This document shows positions 45,865 to 55,650 of a stretch of DNA of 64,000 nt, one piece after another. A program made the position numbers and the translations under genes. Every line of letters begins with the position of its first letter. Positions within the stretch are counted from its first letter, which is position 1. The stretch is taken from positions 10,387-74,386 of the forward strand of contig JANNXQ010000105.1 of assembly GCA_031409655.1 (NCBI GenBank). The letters run 5' to 3'. The DNA is from Chthoniobacteraceae bacterium. GTDB taxonomy: Bacteria > Verrucomicrobiota > Verrucomicrobiia > Chthoniobacterales > Chthoniobacteraceae. Under the pieces are notes generated by a model. It was not told the origin of the DNA. It worked only from the letters and a program-made list of their open reading frames with translations, and did no database searches.

Positions 45865-46686
45865 ATGACCGGCAACGAATACTCCGACGATCAACGGCCG
45901 ATAACCTACCTCGGTGGACTGCCAGTCTATGCGACCACGCTGCTCATCCTGATCTACGTCGTCTCGATGATCGCCTGCACCATCCTGCTCGGTGCGCGCG
46001 CCGGCGGCCTGCTCGAGTCACTCGCTTATTCCAGCGACGACGTGCTCCGGCAGGGCAAGGTCTGGCAGTTCGTCACCTACGTTTTCGTCAATCCGCCCTC
46101 GATCTCCTTTGCCATCGATATGCTGATGCTCTGGTGGTTCGGCCGGCCGCTGGAGCAATTTTTCGGGCGGCGCGTCTTCCTGCGCTTCTACCTGATGCTG
46201 GTGCTCTTCATCCCCACGGTCTTCACCGTCATCGGCCTCTTCGCGCCGATGAATATCTTCGGAGTCGCAGGCCAGCTCGCGATGTTCGTCGCCTTCGCCA
46301 CGCTCTACCCCAATGCCGCGCTGCTCTTCAACCTACTCGCGAAATGGATGGCCGCGGCGATCGTCGCGCTGCAATCCATGATCCACCTCGCGGCCAACGA
46401 CTGGCCGCGCCTCCTCGCCCTGTGGCTCACCTGCGGGTTCGCCTTTTTCTTTGTCCGCCATGCGCGCGGTCTGCTCACGCTGCCGTCCTTTTCGGTCTGG
46501 CGGCGGCCCAAGTTGCGGGTGGTGCCGAAGCCAGTCGCCCGCGGCGTGGAGGAAGTTTCGGATGCCTCGAGCGAGATGGATGAGTTGCTCGATAAGATCG
46601 CGAAAACCGGTCTGGCGAGCCTGACGACGAAGGAGCGCAGCCGGCTCGATCGCGCGCGGGAAGCCATGCTGAAGAAGGACCGGTGA
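45865..46686 (+). CDS. Rhomboid-like membrane protein with C-terminal DxLLDKI domain (probably catalytically inactive)
   Basis: WQFVTY.F, ML.LWWFG..LE..FG; C-terminal DELLDKIAKTGLASLT; no GxSG or AHxxG motif. Confidence 0.8.
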   Translation: MTGNEYSDDQRPITYLGGLPVYATTLLILIYVVSMIACTILLGARAGGLLESLAYSSDDVLRQGKVWQFVTYVFVNPPSISFAIDMLMLWWFGRPLEQFFGRRVFLRFYLMLVLFIPTVFTVIGLFAPMNIFGVAGQLAMFVAFATLYPNAALLFNLLAKWMAAAIVALQSMIHLAANDWPRLLALWLTCGFAFFFVRHARGLLTLPSFSVWRRPKLRVVPKPVARGVEEVSDASSEMDELLDKIAKTGLASLTTKERSRLDRAREAMLKKDR

Positions 46687-47381
46687 GCCCTCGGCTGAGC
46701 GTCATCGTGCCGTGTTGGAATGACGCGGAGGCCTTGCAAGGCTTGCTGGCAAAGGTGCGGACGCTCGAGGGCGTCGATGAGGTGATCGTGGCGGACGCGT
46801 CTTCCGACGACAAGGCGCAGGGGATGGCGGCGGCCGCTGGAGCGAAGGTCGCACGCTGCGCGCGGCCAAATCGCGGTGCGCAGATGAATGCTGGCGCGGG
46901 CCTGGCGAGCGGCGACACCTTCCTCTTTCACCACGCCGATACCGAACTCACCCAGCCCCACGTCTCCGCGCTCCGCGCCGTGGATGCGCAGACGATCGGC
47001 GGCGCCTTTCATCGCAAGTACGACAATCGGCACCATGGGTTCGGTTGGATCGAGCCCATCGCTCGTGCCTGGAATGTGCGGGTCGGCACGCTCTACGGGG
47101 ATCAATCCGTCTTCGTTCGGCGGACGACTTTCGAGCGCCTCGGTGGCTTCGCGGAGATCCCGCTCATGGAGGATGTGGAATTTTCCCGGCGCCTGCGCCG
47201 CACCGGTCGCACGGTCTTGCTCGATCCGCCGATCGCCACGTCCGCGCGTCATCATCAGCGCCGCGGAGCCTGGCGCACGACCGCGCGCAATGCCGCGATG
47301 CTGGCGCTCTACCGACTCGGCTTTTCGCCCGAGACCCTGCACCGCTGGTACTACCGCGACTTTGCCGGGACTCAGCGCTGA
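46683..47381 (+). CDS. GT2 glycosyltransferase (TIGR04283-like)
   Basis: SVIVP, RGAQMNAGA, HAD, YGDQS, PLMED, TSAR. Confidence 0.88.
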   Translation: MSPRLSVIVPCWNDAEALQGLLAKVRTLEGVDEVIVADASSDDKAQGMAAAAGAKVARCARPNRGAQMNAGAGLASGDTFLFHHADTELTQPHVSALRAVDAQTIGGAFHRKYDNRHHGFGWIEPIARAWNVRVGTLYGDQSVFVRRTTFERLGGFAEIPLMEDVEFSRRLRRTGRTVLLDPPIATSARHHQRRGAWRTTARNAAMLALYRLGFSPETLHRWYYRDFAGTQR

Positions 47382-48502
47382 AAAAGCTTCGGTGCGAACT
47401 CCACGAGGTAGCGCCGCCAGACGGGCCACGAGTGATCGCCCTCGGTGAGTTGCCACTCGTGCTGGATGCCGCTCGCCTTGAGCGCGCCGACGAGGGAGTT
47501 GTTGCGCTCGAGGAGAAAGTCGTCCTTGCCGCAGGCGATCCAGAGCAGCTTGAGCTTGGAGTTGGTGCCCGCGGCATCGGCCAGCGGCGCAGCGAGTGTG
47601 GCCTCCTCCGCCGCGCCACTGAAGGAGCCGATCCAGGCGAAGCGGTCGAGGTTGTTCAGTCCGACACTCAGTGCTTGCCACCCGCCCATGCTCAGTCCGG
47701 CGATGGCGCGCTGCTCACGCTCCTTCATCACGCGATAGCGGGCCTCCACGAGCGGCAGCGCGTCGTCGAAAAGCTCGCGCTGAAAGGCGGCGAGCGACGT
47801 CGCGCGTTTCTCCGCATCTTCCCGCGGCACCTGGCCCTGGGGATGCCCATCGATCATCAGCACGACCATGGGCCGCGCTTTTCCCGCGGCGATGAGACTG
47901 TCGAGAATCCAAGGCGCCTTGCCGTGCTCGACCCACGTCCGGTGATTGTCTCCCGAGCCGTGCTGGAGGACGAGGAGGGGATACTGCGCCGTGGTGTCGG
48001 TCTCGTAACCCGGCGGAGTATAGACGCGCAATTCCCGGGCCCGCCCGAGTGCCTTCGAGAGGTAGGAATGCTGATGCACCGCGCCATGCGGCACATCCTG
48101 AAAGTCCCACGGATTCGGCGGCGTTCCGGCGAGGTGCAGGATGCTCTTCCCCGGCTCGCGCTGCGGCTTCAGCGCAGGATTCGCGGGGTCCAGCACATTC
48201 AAACCATCGACTGCGAAGGAATACTCCCACACGCCCGCCGCGATGGGATCTGTCGTCACGGACCACACCCCATCCTCGCCGCGCGCGAGCGGCAGCGGCG
48301 GCTTCGTCCACTGTCCGCGGAGCGCGACCTCCTGCGCCTTCGGCGCGCGGAGCCGGAAGGTCACGCTCCGATCATCGCGGATTTCCGGCGAGACGATGGC
48401 TGCCTGGCGCGCCGGGAGGGGGCGGGTTGCCGGGGCCTGGGCGTGAAGGCCGCTGACGAGTCCGAAGACGAGCGGGAGTAGTGCAAAGGGGGGAGCTTTC
48501 AT
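47372..48502 (-). CDS. Secreted esterase (CBM48-like N-domain plus CE1-like alpha/beta hydrolase)
   Basis: VTFRLRAP, VYTPPGY, HGSG, AGLSMGG, GKDD, GDHSWPVWR. Confidence 0.9.
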   Translation of the reverse strand: MKAPPFALLPLVFGLVSGLHAQAPATRPLPARQAAIVSPEIRDDRSVTFRLRAPKAQEVALRGQWTKPPLPLARGEDGVWSVTTDPIAAGVWEYSFAVDGLNVLDPANPALKPQREPGKSILHLAGTPPNPWDFQDVPHGAVHQHSYLSKALGRARELRVYTPPGYETDTTAQYPLLVLQHGSGDNHRTWVEHGKAPWILDSLIAAGKARPMVVLMIDGHPQGQVPREDAEKRATSLAAFQRELFDDALPLVEARYRVMKEREQRAIAGLSMGGWQALSVGLNNLDRFAWIGSFSGAAEEATLAAPLADAAGTNSKLKLLWIACGKDDFLLERNNSLVGALKASGIQHEWQLTEGDHSWPVWRRYLVEFAPKLFQR

Positions 48503-48606
48503 GGGGCGGAAACTTTGCTGCTTACCGCCATCATCTGCGAGCAAATGCTCCGAGTTCTACCGACCCTTGGATTTTGGCTCCTGGAGGATTATCTGTCCGC
48601 ACCGCC

Positions 48607-50070
48607 ATGACTCCCCAGCAAGCCCGCGCCGCCCATCTCACTCGCGGGCAATTTTTCTCGAAGAGCGCGGTCGGTATCGGCACGGCGGCGCTGGCTTCGC
48701 TGCTCGAGCGGGATGCGCTCGGGGCGCCCGCTCCGGGGCCGCGCATCGGTGGGCTCGATGGGCTCCCGCATTTTGCGCCGAAGGCGAAGCGCGTGATCTA
48801 CCTGCTGCAAAATGGCGCGCCGCCGCACCTCGACACGTTCGATTGGAAGCCGGAGATGGAAAAATGGCGGGGGCAGGAAATCCCGGAATCGATCCTCGGC
48901 GGCAAACGTTTCTCGACGATGACCCAGGGGCAAAAGGCGAAGCTGGTGCTGCCGCCGTTCACGGGTTTCAAGCAATACGGCAAGTCCGGCGCGTGGGTCG
49001 GTGACTTCCTGCCGCACACCGCGGGCGTCGTGGATGACCTATGTTTCATCAAGTCGATGCACACCGAGGCGGTGAACCACGCGCCGGCGATTTCCTTTTT
49101 CCTCACCGGCGGCGAGCAACCCGGACGGCCGAGCATGGGCGCGTGGGCGACCTACGGGCTCGGCACGGAGAGCCAGGAGTTGCCCGGGTTCGTCGTCATG
49201 ACTTCACGCGACAAGGAGGCTTCCTGCGGACAGATCTTCTACGACTTCTACTGGGGCTCGGGTTTTCTGCCGTCGAAGTTTCAAGGCGTGCGTTTCCGCG
49301 GTAGCGGTGATCCGGTGCTCTATCTCTCGAATCCCGATGGCATGTCGCGCGAGGTCCGGCGCGGGCTGCTCGATGATCTCGCGAAGCTCAATGAGGAGCA
49401 CTTCCGCGAATACGCTGACCCCGAGATCGCCACGCGTATCGCGCAGTACGAGATGGCGTACAAGATGCAGGCCAGCGTGCCGGAGCTCACGGATTTCTCC
49501 ACCGAGTCCGCCGAGACGCTCGCGATGTATGGGCCCGATGTGCAGCGCCAGGGCTCGTTCGCTTACAACTGCCTCATGGCCCGTCGGCTCGCGGAGCGCG
49601 GCGTGCGCTTCGTGCAATGCTTCCACGCCGGCTGGGATCATCACCGCAATCTCACCACGCAATTCGAGATCCAGTGCCGCGATACCGATCAGCCCAGCGC
49701 CGCCCTGGTGAAGGATCTGAAGCAGCGCGGCCTCCTCGACGACACGCTGGTCATCTGGGGCGGTGAGTTCGGGCGCACGCCGTTCCTGCAAGGCGACATC
49801 GCCGATCGCAAACAATGGGGCCGCGATCATCACCCGTATGCCTTCACGCTCTGGATGGCCGGCGCGGGGGTGAAGCCGGGGATGAGCTTCGGCGAAAGTG
49901 ACGAATTCGGCTTCAACGTGGTGAATGATCCCGTCCACGTGCATGACTTCCAGGCCACCGTCCTGCACCTGCTCGGCATCGACCACGAGCGGCTTACCTT
50001 CCGCTTCCAAGGCCGCCAGTTCCGCCTCACGGATGTGCATGGCAGTGTGGTGAAGCCGATCCTGGTGTAA
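48607..50070 (+). CDS. DUF1501 domain protein
   Basis: AKRVIYL, NHAPA, ARRLAERGVRFVQ, WDHH, GEFGRTP, GRDHHP. Confidence 0.93.
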   Translation: MTPQQARAAHLTRGQFFSKSAVGIGTAALASLLERDALGAPAPGPRIGGLDGLPHFAPKAKRVIYLLQNGAPPHLDTFDWKPEMEKWRGQEIPESILGGKRFSTMTQGQKAKLVLPPFTGFKQYGKSGAWVGDFLPHTAGVVDDLCFIKSMHTEAVNHAPAISFFLTGGEQPGRPSMGAWATYGLGTESQELPGFVVMTSRDKEASCGQIFYDFYWGSGFLPSKFQGVRFRGSGDPVLYLSNPDGMSREVRRGLLDDLAKLNEEHFREYADPEIATRIAQYEMAYKMQASVPELTDFSTESAETLAMYGPDVQRQGSFAYNCLMARRLAERGVRFVQCFHAGWDHHRNLTTQFEIQCRDTDQPSAALVKDLKQRGLLDDTLVIWGGEFGRTPFLQGDIADRKQWGRDHHPYAFTLWMAGAGVKPGMSFGESDEFGFNVVNDPVHVHDFQATVLHLLGIDHERLTFRFQGRQFRLTDVHGSVVKPILV

Positions 50071-50362
50071 TTCGCTGAAAAATAGGTTGCGGGCTGGCTG
50101 GAGTCGCCGCTCGAACCTTGCGGAAAGTTGAGGGCGCCAGTGGCTGGAAAGATTCGACGCTTGGCAACGGCGCTGTTACTCACCTACGCGTGAATTCCGC
50201 AATGTGTCAAAAACGCTCCCGGCACCTCGAGGCGAGGTCCGGCACGTCAACAGTCTCGAGGGGTTGTCGGCGTTGCAGTAGTCGGGCGGGGCAGCAGCCA
50301 GTGGGAAATCGCGGGCAATGCGCTGGAGGGAAGCCTTTGGTGTGTGGAGCAAAGCGGGAGTG

Positions 50363-52384
50363 ATGGATCTCCTCCTCGCGCTGGATGGATCCCAGGTCGT
50401 GTATTGGACCATTTGCGGAGCGCTCTACGCGTTCATGGCGGTCCTGGCGATACTCCCGGCGCTCGCACTGCCGCGTCCGGCAGGCGCTGAAAAGGTCTTC
50501 ACGAAGTGGCTGCGAAGTGACGGGCTTTTCCTGGCGGTGCTCGCCGCGATGCTGCTCGCTTTCCGGTGGCCGCTGTTTTTCGTCCCCTACGCGCTCAATC
50601 TGGATGAAGCCGGACATCTCAGCCAGGCGCTGACGCTGCGTCACGATCCGGTGTTCTGGCGATCGATCTCGGCCGGCACCTCAGGGCCTCTAAATATCTA
50701 CCCGCAGTACCTCCTGCACCTGCTGGGTTTTCCGGCGTCTTATGCGACGTCGCGAGCGTTGGCGCTGGCCGTCGTCTTCGGCTCTCTGGTGTGCCTGTTT
50801 GCAACGTTTCGACGGTTCTCATTTCCGGCATTGGCGCGACTGGGCACCATGCTGCCGGCCACATTCTTCGCTGCGACGGTGAACCGGGATTTCACGCATT
50901 GCAGCAGCGAGCATGTGCCGATGCTTTTGCTCATGCTGGGGACTGCACTCGCCTTGAGACTGCGCGAACCGCTGCGCAGGCCAGGGCGTGTCGCCTTTCT
51001 CGCAGGCTTGGTTTTGGGCGCGGTGCCCTTTGCAAAATTGCAGGGGGGGGTGATTGCCATCGTGGTGGCGCTATTTTCCTACATCTTTCTGATCGAGCGC
51101 GACGACCCTCGGAAAGTGCGCCTCAGACTTTGCGTTTGCCTGACCTTGGGAGGTCTGGCGGTTCCTTTTGCAATCGTGGGGATGGCGACGGTCTTCGGCG
51201 CCTTCGGGCATTTCTGGCAATCCTACGTGCTGGCAAATGTCGCGTATGCGGGAAGCGGGTGGTCGTTCGCAGACATTGCCGGGATGCTCCCGCTCCTTTC
51301 TTTAGAGATGACCGATTTTGTCGCTTACGCCCAGGGCGCGTTGGTTGCCGGCGCGGTTGGTGGCGTGCTCATGTGCGTCCCGTGGTGCTGGCGGGATTTG
51401 AGTCGAGCGCAGGGGTGGTTACTCGCCTTCGCCTGCGCGCTCTTGGCGATTTCTACCTATGCGGCGTTCGCTCCAGGACGCCCCTTTCCGCATTACTTTC
51501 TATTCTGCGTCTTTCCGCTCGTAGTGTGCGCATTCCTTTCTTTGGCGGTTTGGCTCCAGATCTCTGTCCGTCGCGGCGTGCCGCGAGAGGCCCAGTTGGT
51601 TGCGATCGCTTTTTGGAGTGCGACCGGGCTTGCGGTTCAAATTGCGGATTTCCTGCTTGCGGACCCTTCCTTCCCGATCCGAGGCAGGCTCCGCGAGGTC
51701 GTGGATCTGCCAAAGAGCGACGTTGCGCTGGCGATTCTGAAGCACGCTTCCCCAGGTGAACCGTTGCTCGTGTGGGGGTGGATGAGTGAATATCATGTGC
51801 AGACCGGGATGTGGTGCGCAAACAGCGACCTCGTTCTCGAATACCTCTGGGCTACGAAGCAACGGCTGCGTCCTGGAGAAAGCTATCTCGATTTGATCCC
51901 TGATTACTTTAAGGATCGGTGTCTCGCGGATTTTCGGAGAGCGAACCCGCCCGTCTTTGTGGATGCGGTCGCGCCGGAATCTTTCTGGTTCGAAGACCGG
52001 AGTATGTTTGGTTACGAGACATTCCCTCGGTTGGCGGCGTTGGTGGCGGAAAATTACGTATTGCTGTACGAGATGAGAGGGGTGCGAATCTTCGTCCGAA
52101 AAGATCGTCTAAAAGGCCGGCCACCATTGGCGCTGCTTCCCCGGGCCTTCCCTTGTGGAGCCGGCCAGCGCCATGATTTTCTGGGATGCCCTGGGCGGAT
52201 GGCGGAATCGAAGCAGGCAAAGCTACTCGCCAGGCAGAGTGACGATCTTCCGGTCTGGCGACGCTCGTCCGCGTCCTTATCCTCTCCCACCGCCGCCGCT
52301 CGCACGCGTCCGTCAAAGGTCTGCGAGAGGGTTGGTCAGATCGCCAGGCAAGATGGCCGCCTCCTGCCGGGTCAGCCCGCATGA
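50363..52384 (+). CDS. Polytopic membrane protein, probable GT-C/ArnT-like glycosyltransferase
   Basis: About 11-13 TM segments, NLDE, SGP, SSE, KLQ and FPHY motifs; ATGA overlap with the GT4 gene. Confidence 0.7.
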   Translation: MDLLLALDGSQVVYWTICGALYAFMAVLAILPALALPRPAGAEKVFTKWLRSDGLFLAVLAAMLLAFRWPLFFVPYALNLDEAGHLSQALTLRHDPVFWRSISAGTSGPLNIYPQYLLHLLGFPASYATSRALALAVVFGSLVCLFATFRRFSFPALARLGTMLPATFFAATVNRDFTHCSSEHVPMLLLMLGTALALRLREPLRRPGRVAFLAGLVLGAVPFAKLQGGVIAIVVALFSYIFLIERDDPRKVRLRLCVCLTLGGLAVPFAIVGMATVFGAFGHFWQSYVLANVAYAGSGWSFADIAGMLPLLSLEMTDFVAYAQGALVAGAVGGVLMCVPWCWRDLSRAQGWLLAFACALLAISTYAAFAPGRPFPHYFLFCVFPLVVCAFLSLAVWLQISVRRGVPREAQLVAIAFWSATGLAVQIADFLLADPSFPIRGRLREVVDLPKSDVALAILKHASPGEPLLVWGWMSEYHVQTGMWCANSDLVLEYLWATKQRLRPGESYLDLIPDYFKDRCLADFRRANPPVFVDAVAPESFWFEDRSMFGYETFPRLAALVAENYVLLYEMRGVRIFVRKDRLKGRPPLALLPRAFPCGAGQRHDFLGCPGRMAESKQAKLLARQSDDLPVWRRSSASLSSPTAAARTRPSKVCERVGQIARQDGRLLPGQPA

Positions 52385-53715
52385 AGCTCCTTTTCGTGAT
52401 CCCCGAGTATCTGCCGGACTGCGGCGGTGGGATCATTACCTTTTACAAATTTATCCTGCCGCAACTCGTCCGGCAGGGGCATGGGGTGCAGGTCATCGTG
52501 GCGGATGCCCGGCATGTCGGCGCGGCGGAGCGGGTGATCGATGGGGTGACGGTGAGTTACCTGCGGCGCGAGGTGCATGGGCGCTGGCTCGCGGCGTTTG
52601 CGCGCTACGAAGTAATCTTTCCCTGGCTGCACCAGAATCTCGCGCTGGCCTGGTCGGCTTGGGAGGTGGCGCAGGGCGGCGACGGCTACGAACATGTGGA
52701 GACGACGGAGTGGCCGTTGCTTTTCGTGCCGTGGGTGGTGAATCGGCAGCGCGCGCCCTGCACGGTGCAGCTTCACGGGAGCCACGGGCAAATCATGGAT
52801 CGCGGTGCGGGCGGCACGAGCGAGATTTGCGACGGCTTCGTACGCATGATCGAAGCGGCCCTGATGAAAGAGGCAGTGGCCGTGCAAACGAACAGCCAGC
52901 TCAATGCACGCGTGTGGGCGGAGCGGCTCGGACGAACGGTGTCGGTGGAAAATCCTTCCTTCCAACTCGATCCCAGGGGCGCTGTGGCTGCGGCGACTCT
53001 TGGGCGTCCGTTGCGCGGTTTGGTCTTCGGGCGGCTGTATCCGGGGAAGGGCGCAGTCGCACTCGCCGAAGCACTGGCCGGACCGGCCAGCGGGATGACG
53101 ACCATCGAGTGGTACGGGAACGACATGACGTGCGGTGGCGGACTGACCTCCAACGTGCTGCGCGCGCGATTCCCGGCAGTGCTGGATCGCGCGCTGCGGC
53201 ACTTTCCGCAGATCACCCACGACGAAGTGCTGGCGAAGATGACGGGCGGCGCGTTCGTGCTCATCCCGTCGCTGTCGGATGTTTTCAATCTCACCGTCGC
53301 GGAGGCGATGGCGATGCGGGCGATCGTGGTCTGCTCGGTGTACGCCGGAGCGATCGAATTGATCGAGCACGGAGTGAACGGATTCCGCTACGACCCGCTT
53401 GACGCGAAAAGCCTCGCGAGCGTGCTGGCAGAAATGTCTGCGCTGACTGCTGACCAAGTAACGGCGATGGCCGAGCGCGCTGCGCAGACGGTGGCGAATC
53501 GGCTCGATCCAGCGCGCAGTGCGGAGCGGCGCGCGAAATTTTACGCCGAAGTGGCCGCGCTGCCTCTGCCAGCGCCGATTCCCGACTGGCTCACGGAAGC
53601 CGTCTCCGGCTCCGCCATTGCACCGGATATGCGCGAGGTGCTCGATCGCTGCGGTGCCTCGGAGCTGTCCGCCGCCCTGCTCCGCCGTGCGCCTCGCTTC
53701 CTCTCGAAGTCGTGA
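52381..53715 (+). CDS. Glycosyltransferase family 4 (GT-B)
   Basis: GGGI.TF, GHGV.V, GRLYPGKG, PSLSDVFNLTVAEAMA. Confidence 0.9.
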   Translation: MKLLFVIPEYLPDCGGGIITFYKFILPQLVRQGHGVQVIVADARHVGAAERVIDGVTVSYLRREVHGRWLAAFARYEVIFPWLHQNLALAWSAWEVAQGGDGYEHVETTEWPLLFVPWVVNRQRAPCTVQLHGSHGQIMDRGAGGTSEICDGFVRMIEAALMKEAVAVQTNSQLNARVWAERLGRTVSVENPSFQLDPRGAVAAATLGRPLRGLVFGRLYPGKGAVALAEALAGPASGMTTIEWYGNDMTCGGGLTSNVLRARFPAVLDRALRHFPQITHDEVLAKMTGGAFVLIPSLSDVFNLTVAEAMAMRAIVVCSVYAGAIELIEHGVNGFRYDPLDAKSLASVLAEMSALTADQVTAMAERAAQTVANRLDPARSAERRAKFYAEVAALPLPAPIPDWLTEAVSGSAIAPDMREVLDRCGASELSAALLRRAPRFLSKS

Positions 53716-53725
53716 GGGTGCGCTG

Positions 53726-53787
53726 CAAGGAGTAGGGGCGCCCTCGCCCCCAGGAGCAACACGGGGTGAGGGCGCCCCTACTCCTTG
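53726..53787. repeat. REP-like palindrome, copy 2, between convergent genes; possible terminator
   Basis: caaggagtaggggcgccctcgcccc ... ggggtgagggcgcccctactccttg. Confidence 0.85.
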
Positions 53788-53792
53788 GGTGG

Positions 53793-55028
53793 CTACTCCC
53801 TGGTAAATTTCGCCGCGAAGGCGCCGTCGATGGCGTCGGTGAAAGGCAGGGTGCGGCGGCTTTCCAAAAAGTGCAGGCCGGGGATCTCGGCGAGGGCGCG
53901 CTCGACGAGGAGGTCGTTTTCCTCGGGCTCCAGGCTGCACGTGCCATAGACGAGTGTGCCGCCGGGACGGAGCAGGGCGGCGGCGCGGCGCACGAGGGCG
54001 AGCTGCTGGGCGGGCATGCGCAGGAAATCCTCGTCGGTGAGCCGCCAGCGGACATCGACGCGGCGACGGATGACGCCGGTGTTGCTGCACGGCGCATCGA
54101 CAAGGATGCGGTCGAATCCAGTGAGACCCGCGGGCGGCTCGGCGGTCATGCAATCGTGGGTGAGGGTGCGGGCGTTGCGGACGCCAAGGCGGTGGAGATT
54201 TTCCCGGAGGCGTGCGACGCGGCTCTCGTAGAGATCGCAGGCGACGAGGCGTCCTTCATTGGCCATGAGCTGCGCGATATAGGTGGTCTTGCCGCCGGGC
54301 GCGGCGCAGGTGTCGAGGACGAGTTCGCCGGGCTGCGGCGCGAGGAGATCGACGGCGAGGAGCGTGCTCGGATCCTGTACGTAGCAGAGGCCGCCGCTGA
54401 TCCAGGAGGCGGGAAGGTGCTGCGTTTTTAAGACCAGCGGATGCGCGGGCCAGGGCTCGGCGAGCGGAGAAGAGCGGGCCAGTTCGCCGGCGGTGACCTT
54501 CAGGGTATTGGCGCGGACGAAGACTTCGGCGGGCGAGTTGTTCCACTCCAGAAGACGCAGGGTGTCCTCGCGTCCGAACTGCGCCTCCCAGCGCGCGACG
54601 AGAAAATTGGGATGCGAGAGCGCGGTCGCGGGTCCGGCACTGGCGAGCTTTGCGGCCAGGGCGGGCTGCTCGCGGAGGGCACGGCGGAGGATGGCGTTCA
54701 CGAGGCCGCGGGCGCGGTCGGCGAGATTGACGGTTTCATTCACCGCGGCGTGCGCGGCGGTGCGCATCTGGAAGATCTGGTAGAGGCCGAGGCGCAGGAT
54801 CTGGCGCGTCTGCAAGTCGATGTGCCCTTCGCGGAGTTCGCCGATGAGAAAGTCGAGCGCACTCAGATTCCGCAGCACGCCGAAGAAGGTCTCCATGAAG
54901 AAGCCGCGATCAAGGGTGGAGAAAGAATCGCGGGCGAGCGCCGTGTGCAGGATCTCATCGGAGAAGGTGCGTCCTTTCTCCCATTCGAGGAGGGCGGCAA
55001 TGCAGGAGCGGCGGGGATTGGCGGGCAT
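53793..55028 (-). CDS. rsmB: 16S rRNA m5C967 methyltransferase RsmB
   Basis: NusB-like N-domain (AAVNETV..VNAILR), VQD, DTCAAPGGKT, DAPCSNTG, TCS. Confidence 0.93.
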   Translation of the reverse strand: MPANPRRSCIAALLEWEKGRTFSDEILHTALARDSFSTLDRGFFMETFFGVLRNLSALDFLIGELREGHIDLQTRQILRLGLYQIFQMRTAAHAAVNETVNLADRARGLVNAILRRALREQPALAAKLASAGPATALSHPNFLVARWEAQFGREDTLRLLEWNNSPAEVFVRANTLKVTAGELARSSPLAEPWPAHPLVLKTQHLPASWISGGLCYVQDPSTLLAVDLLAPQPGELVLDTCAAPGGKTTYIAQLMANEGRLVACDLYESRVARLRENLHRLGVRNARTLTHDCMTAEPPAGLTGFDRILVDAPCSNTGVIRRRVDVRWRLTDEDFLRMPAQQLALVRRAAALLRPGGTLVYGTCSLEPEENDLLVERALAEIPGLHFLESRRTLPFTDAIDGAFAAKFTRE

Positions 55029-55029
55029 G

Positions 55030-55152
55030 AGCGGGTTTGTGCGGGCGGGTGGGGCGTTTCTCTATGATCGCGAGGGGCGCGAGTATCTCGATTTCCTGAG
55101 CGCCTCCAGCGTCTTTAATATCGGGCGCAATCATCCCGCGGTGCGGCAGGCG
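55030..55152 (+). pseudogene. Remnant (~40 codons) of a class-III PLP aminotransferase N-terminus
   Basis: FVRAGGAFLYDREGREYLDFLSASSVFNIGRNHPAVRQA, after which similarity is lost. Confidence 0.7.
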
Positions 55153-55166
55153 TCAGGCCGAGCCGT

Positions 55167-55583
55167 TCACCACTGCCGCGGATCGAGTTCCTGCGTAGGG
55201 CCTCCGCGGGATCGGCGCTTGGCCTCGGCGCGCTTAAATTCCTTCATCACCGAGCGGGCGTGCGTCTGGCCCCGCTTGTTCGACTTTGACCAGACGAAGA
55301 GCAGCGCACAGATGATCAGGAGGAGCACCGGGCCGGCGACGATCAGGATGTTGAGGACGGTGCTGTTGCGCTTGGCGCGCTTCTTCGCTTCGAGGCGGGT
55401 CTTGGTGTTCGATTCGACGGTCCGCGCATCGGCGTCTTCGCTAAACTTGCTGTAGTCCACGTCCGAACTCTGGGCCGGGGCTTCCGTCACGCTGATCGCG
55501 GCCTGGGTCGTAAAATTCGCGCAAAGCACCAATCCAGCGACGAGCGCGAGACGAAAATACCGAGAGATCTGGGGCGGCCTCAT
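55167..55583 (-). CDS. Small exported/membrane hypothetical protein
   Basis: Signal peptide, second TM (VLNILIVAGPVLLLIICALLFVW), basic tail. Confidence 0.65.
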   Translation of the reverse strand: MRPPQISRYFRLALVAGLVLCANFTTQAAISVTEAPAQSSDVDYSKFSEDADARTVESNTKTRLEAKKRAKRNSTVLNILIVAGPVLLLIICALLFVWSKSNKRGQTHARSVMKEFKRAEAKRRSRGGPTQELDPRQW

Positions 55584-55650
55584 GGGCGAAACGATGGAGC
55601 CGGGCAGCCGGACTGGCAAGGCGTGAAGCGGGCCCCGAAGGCCCGCGCAT

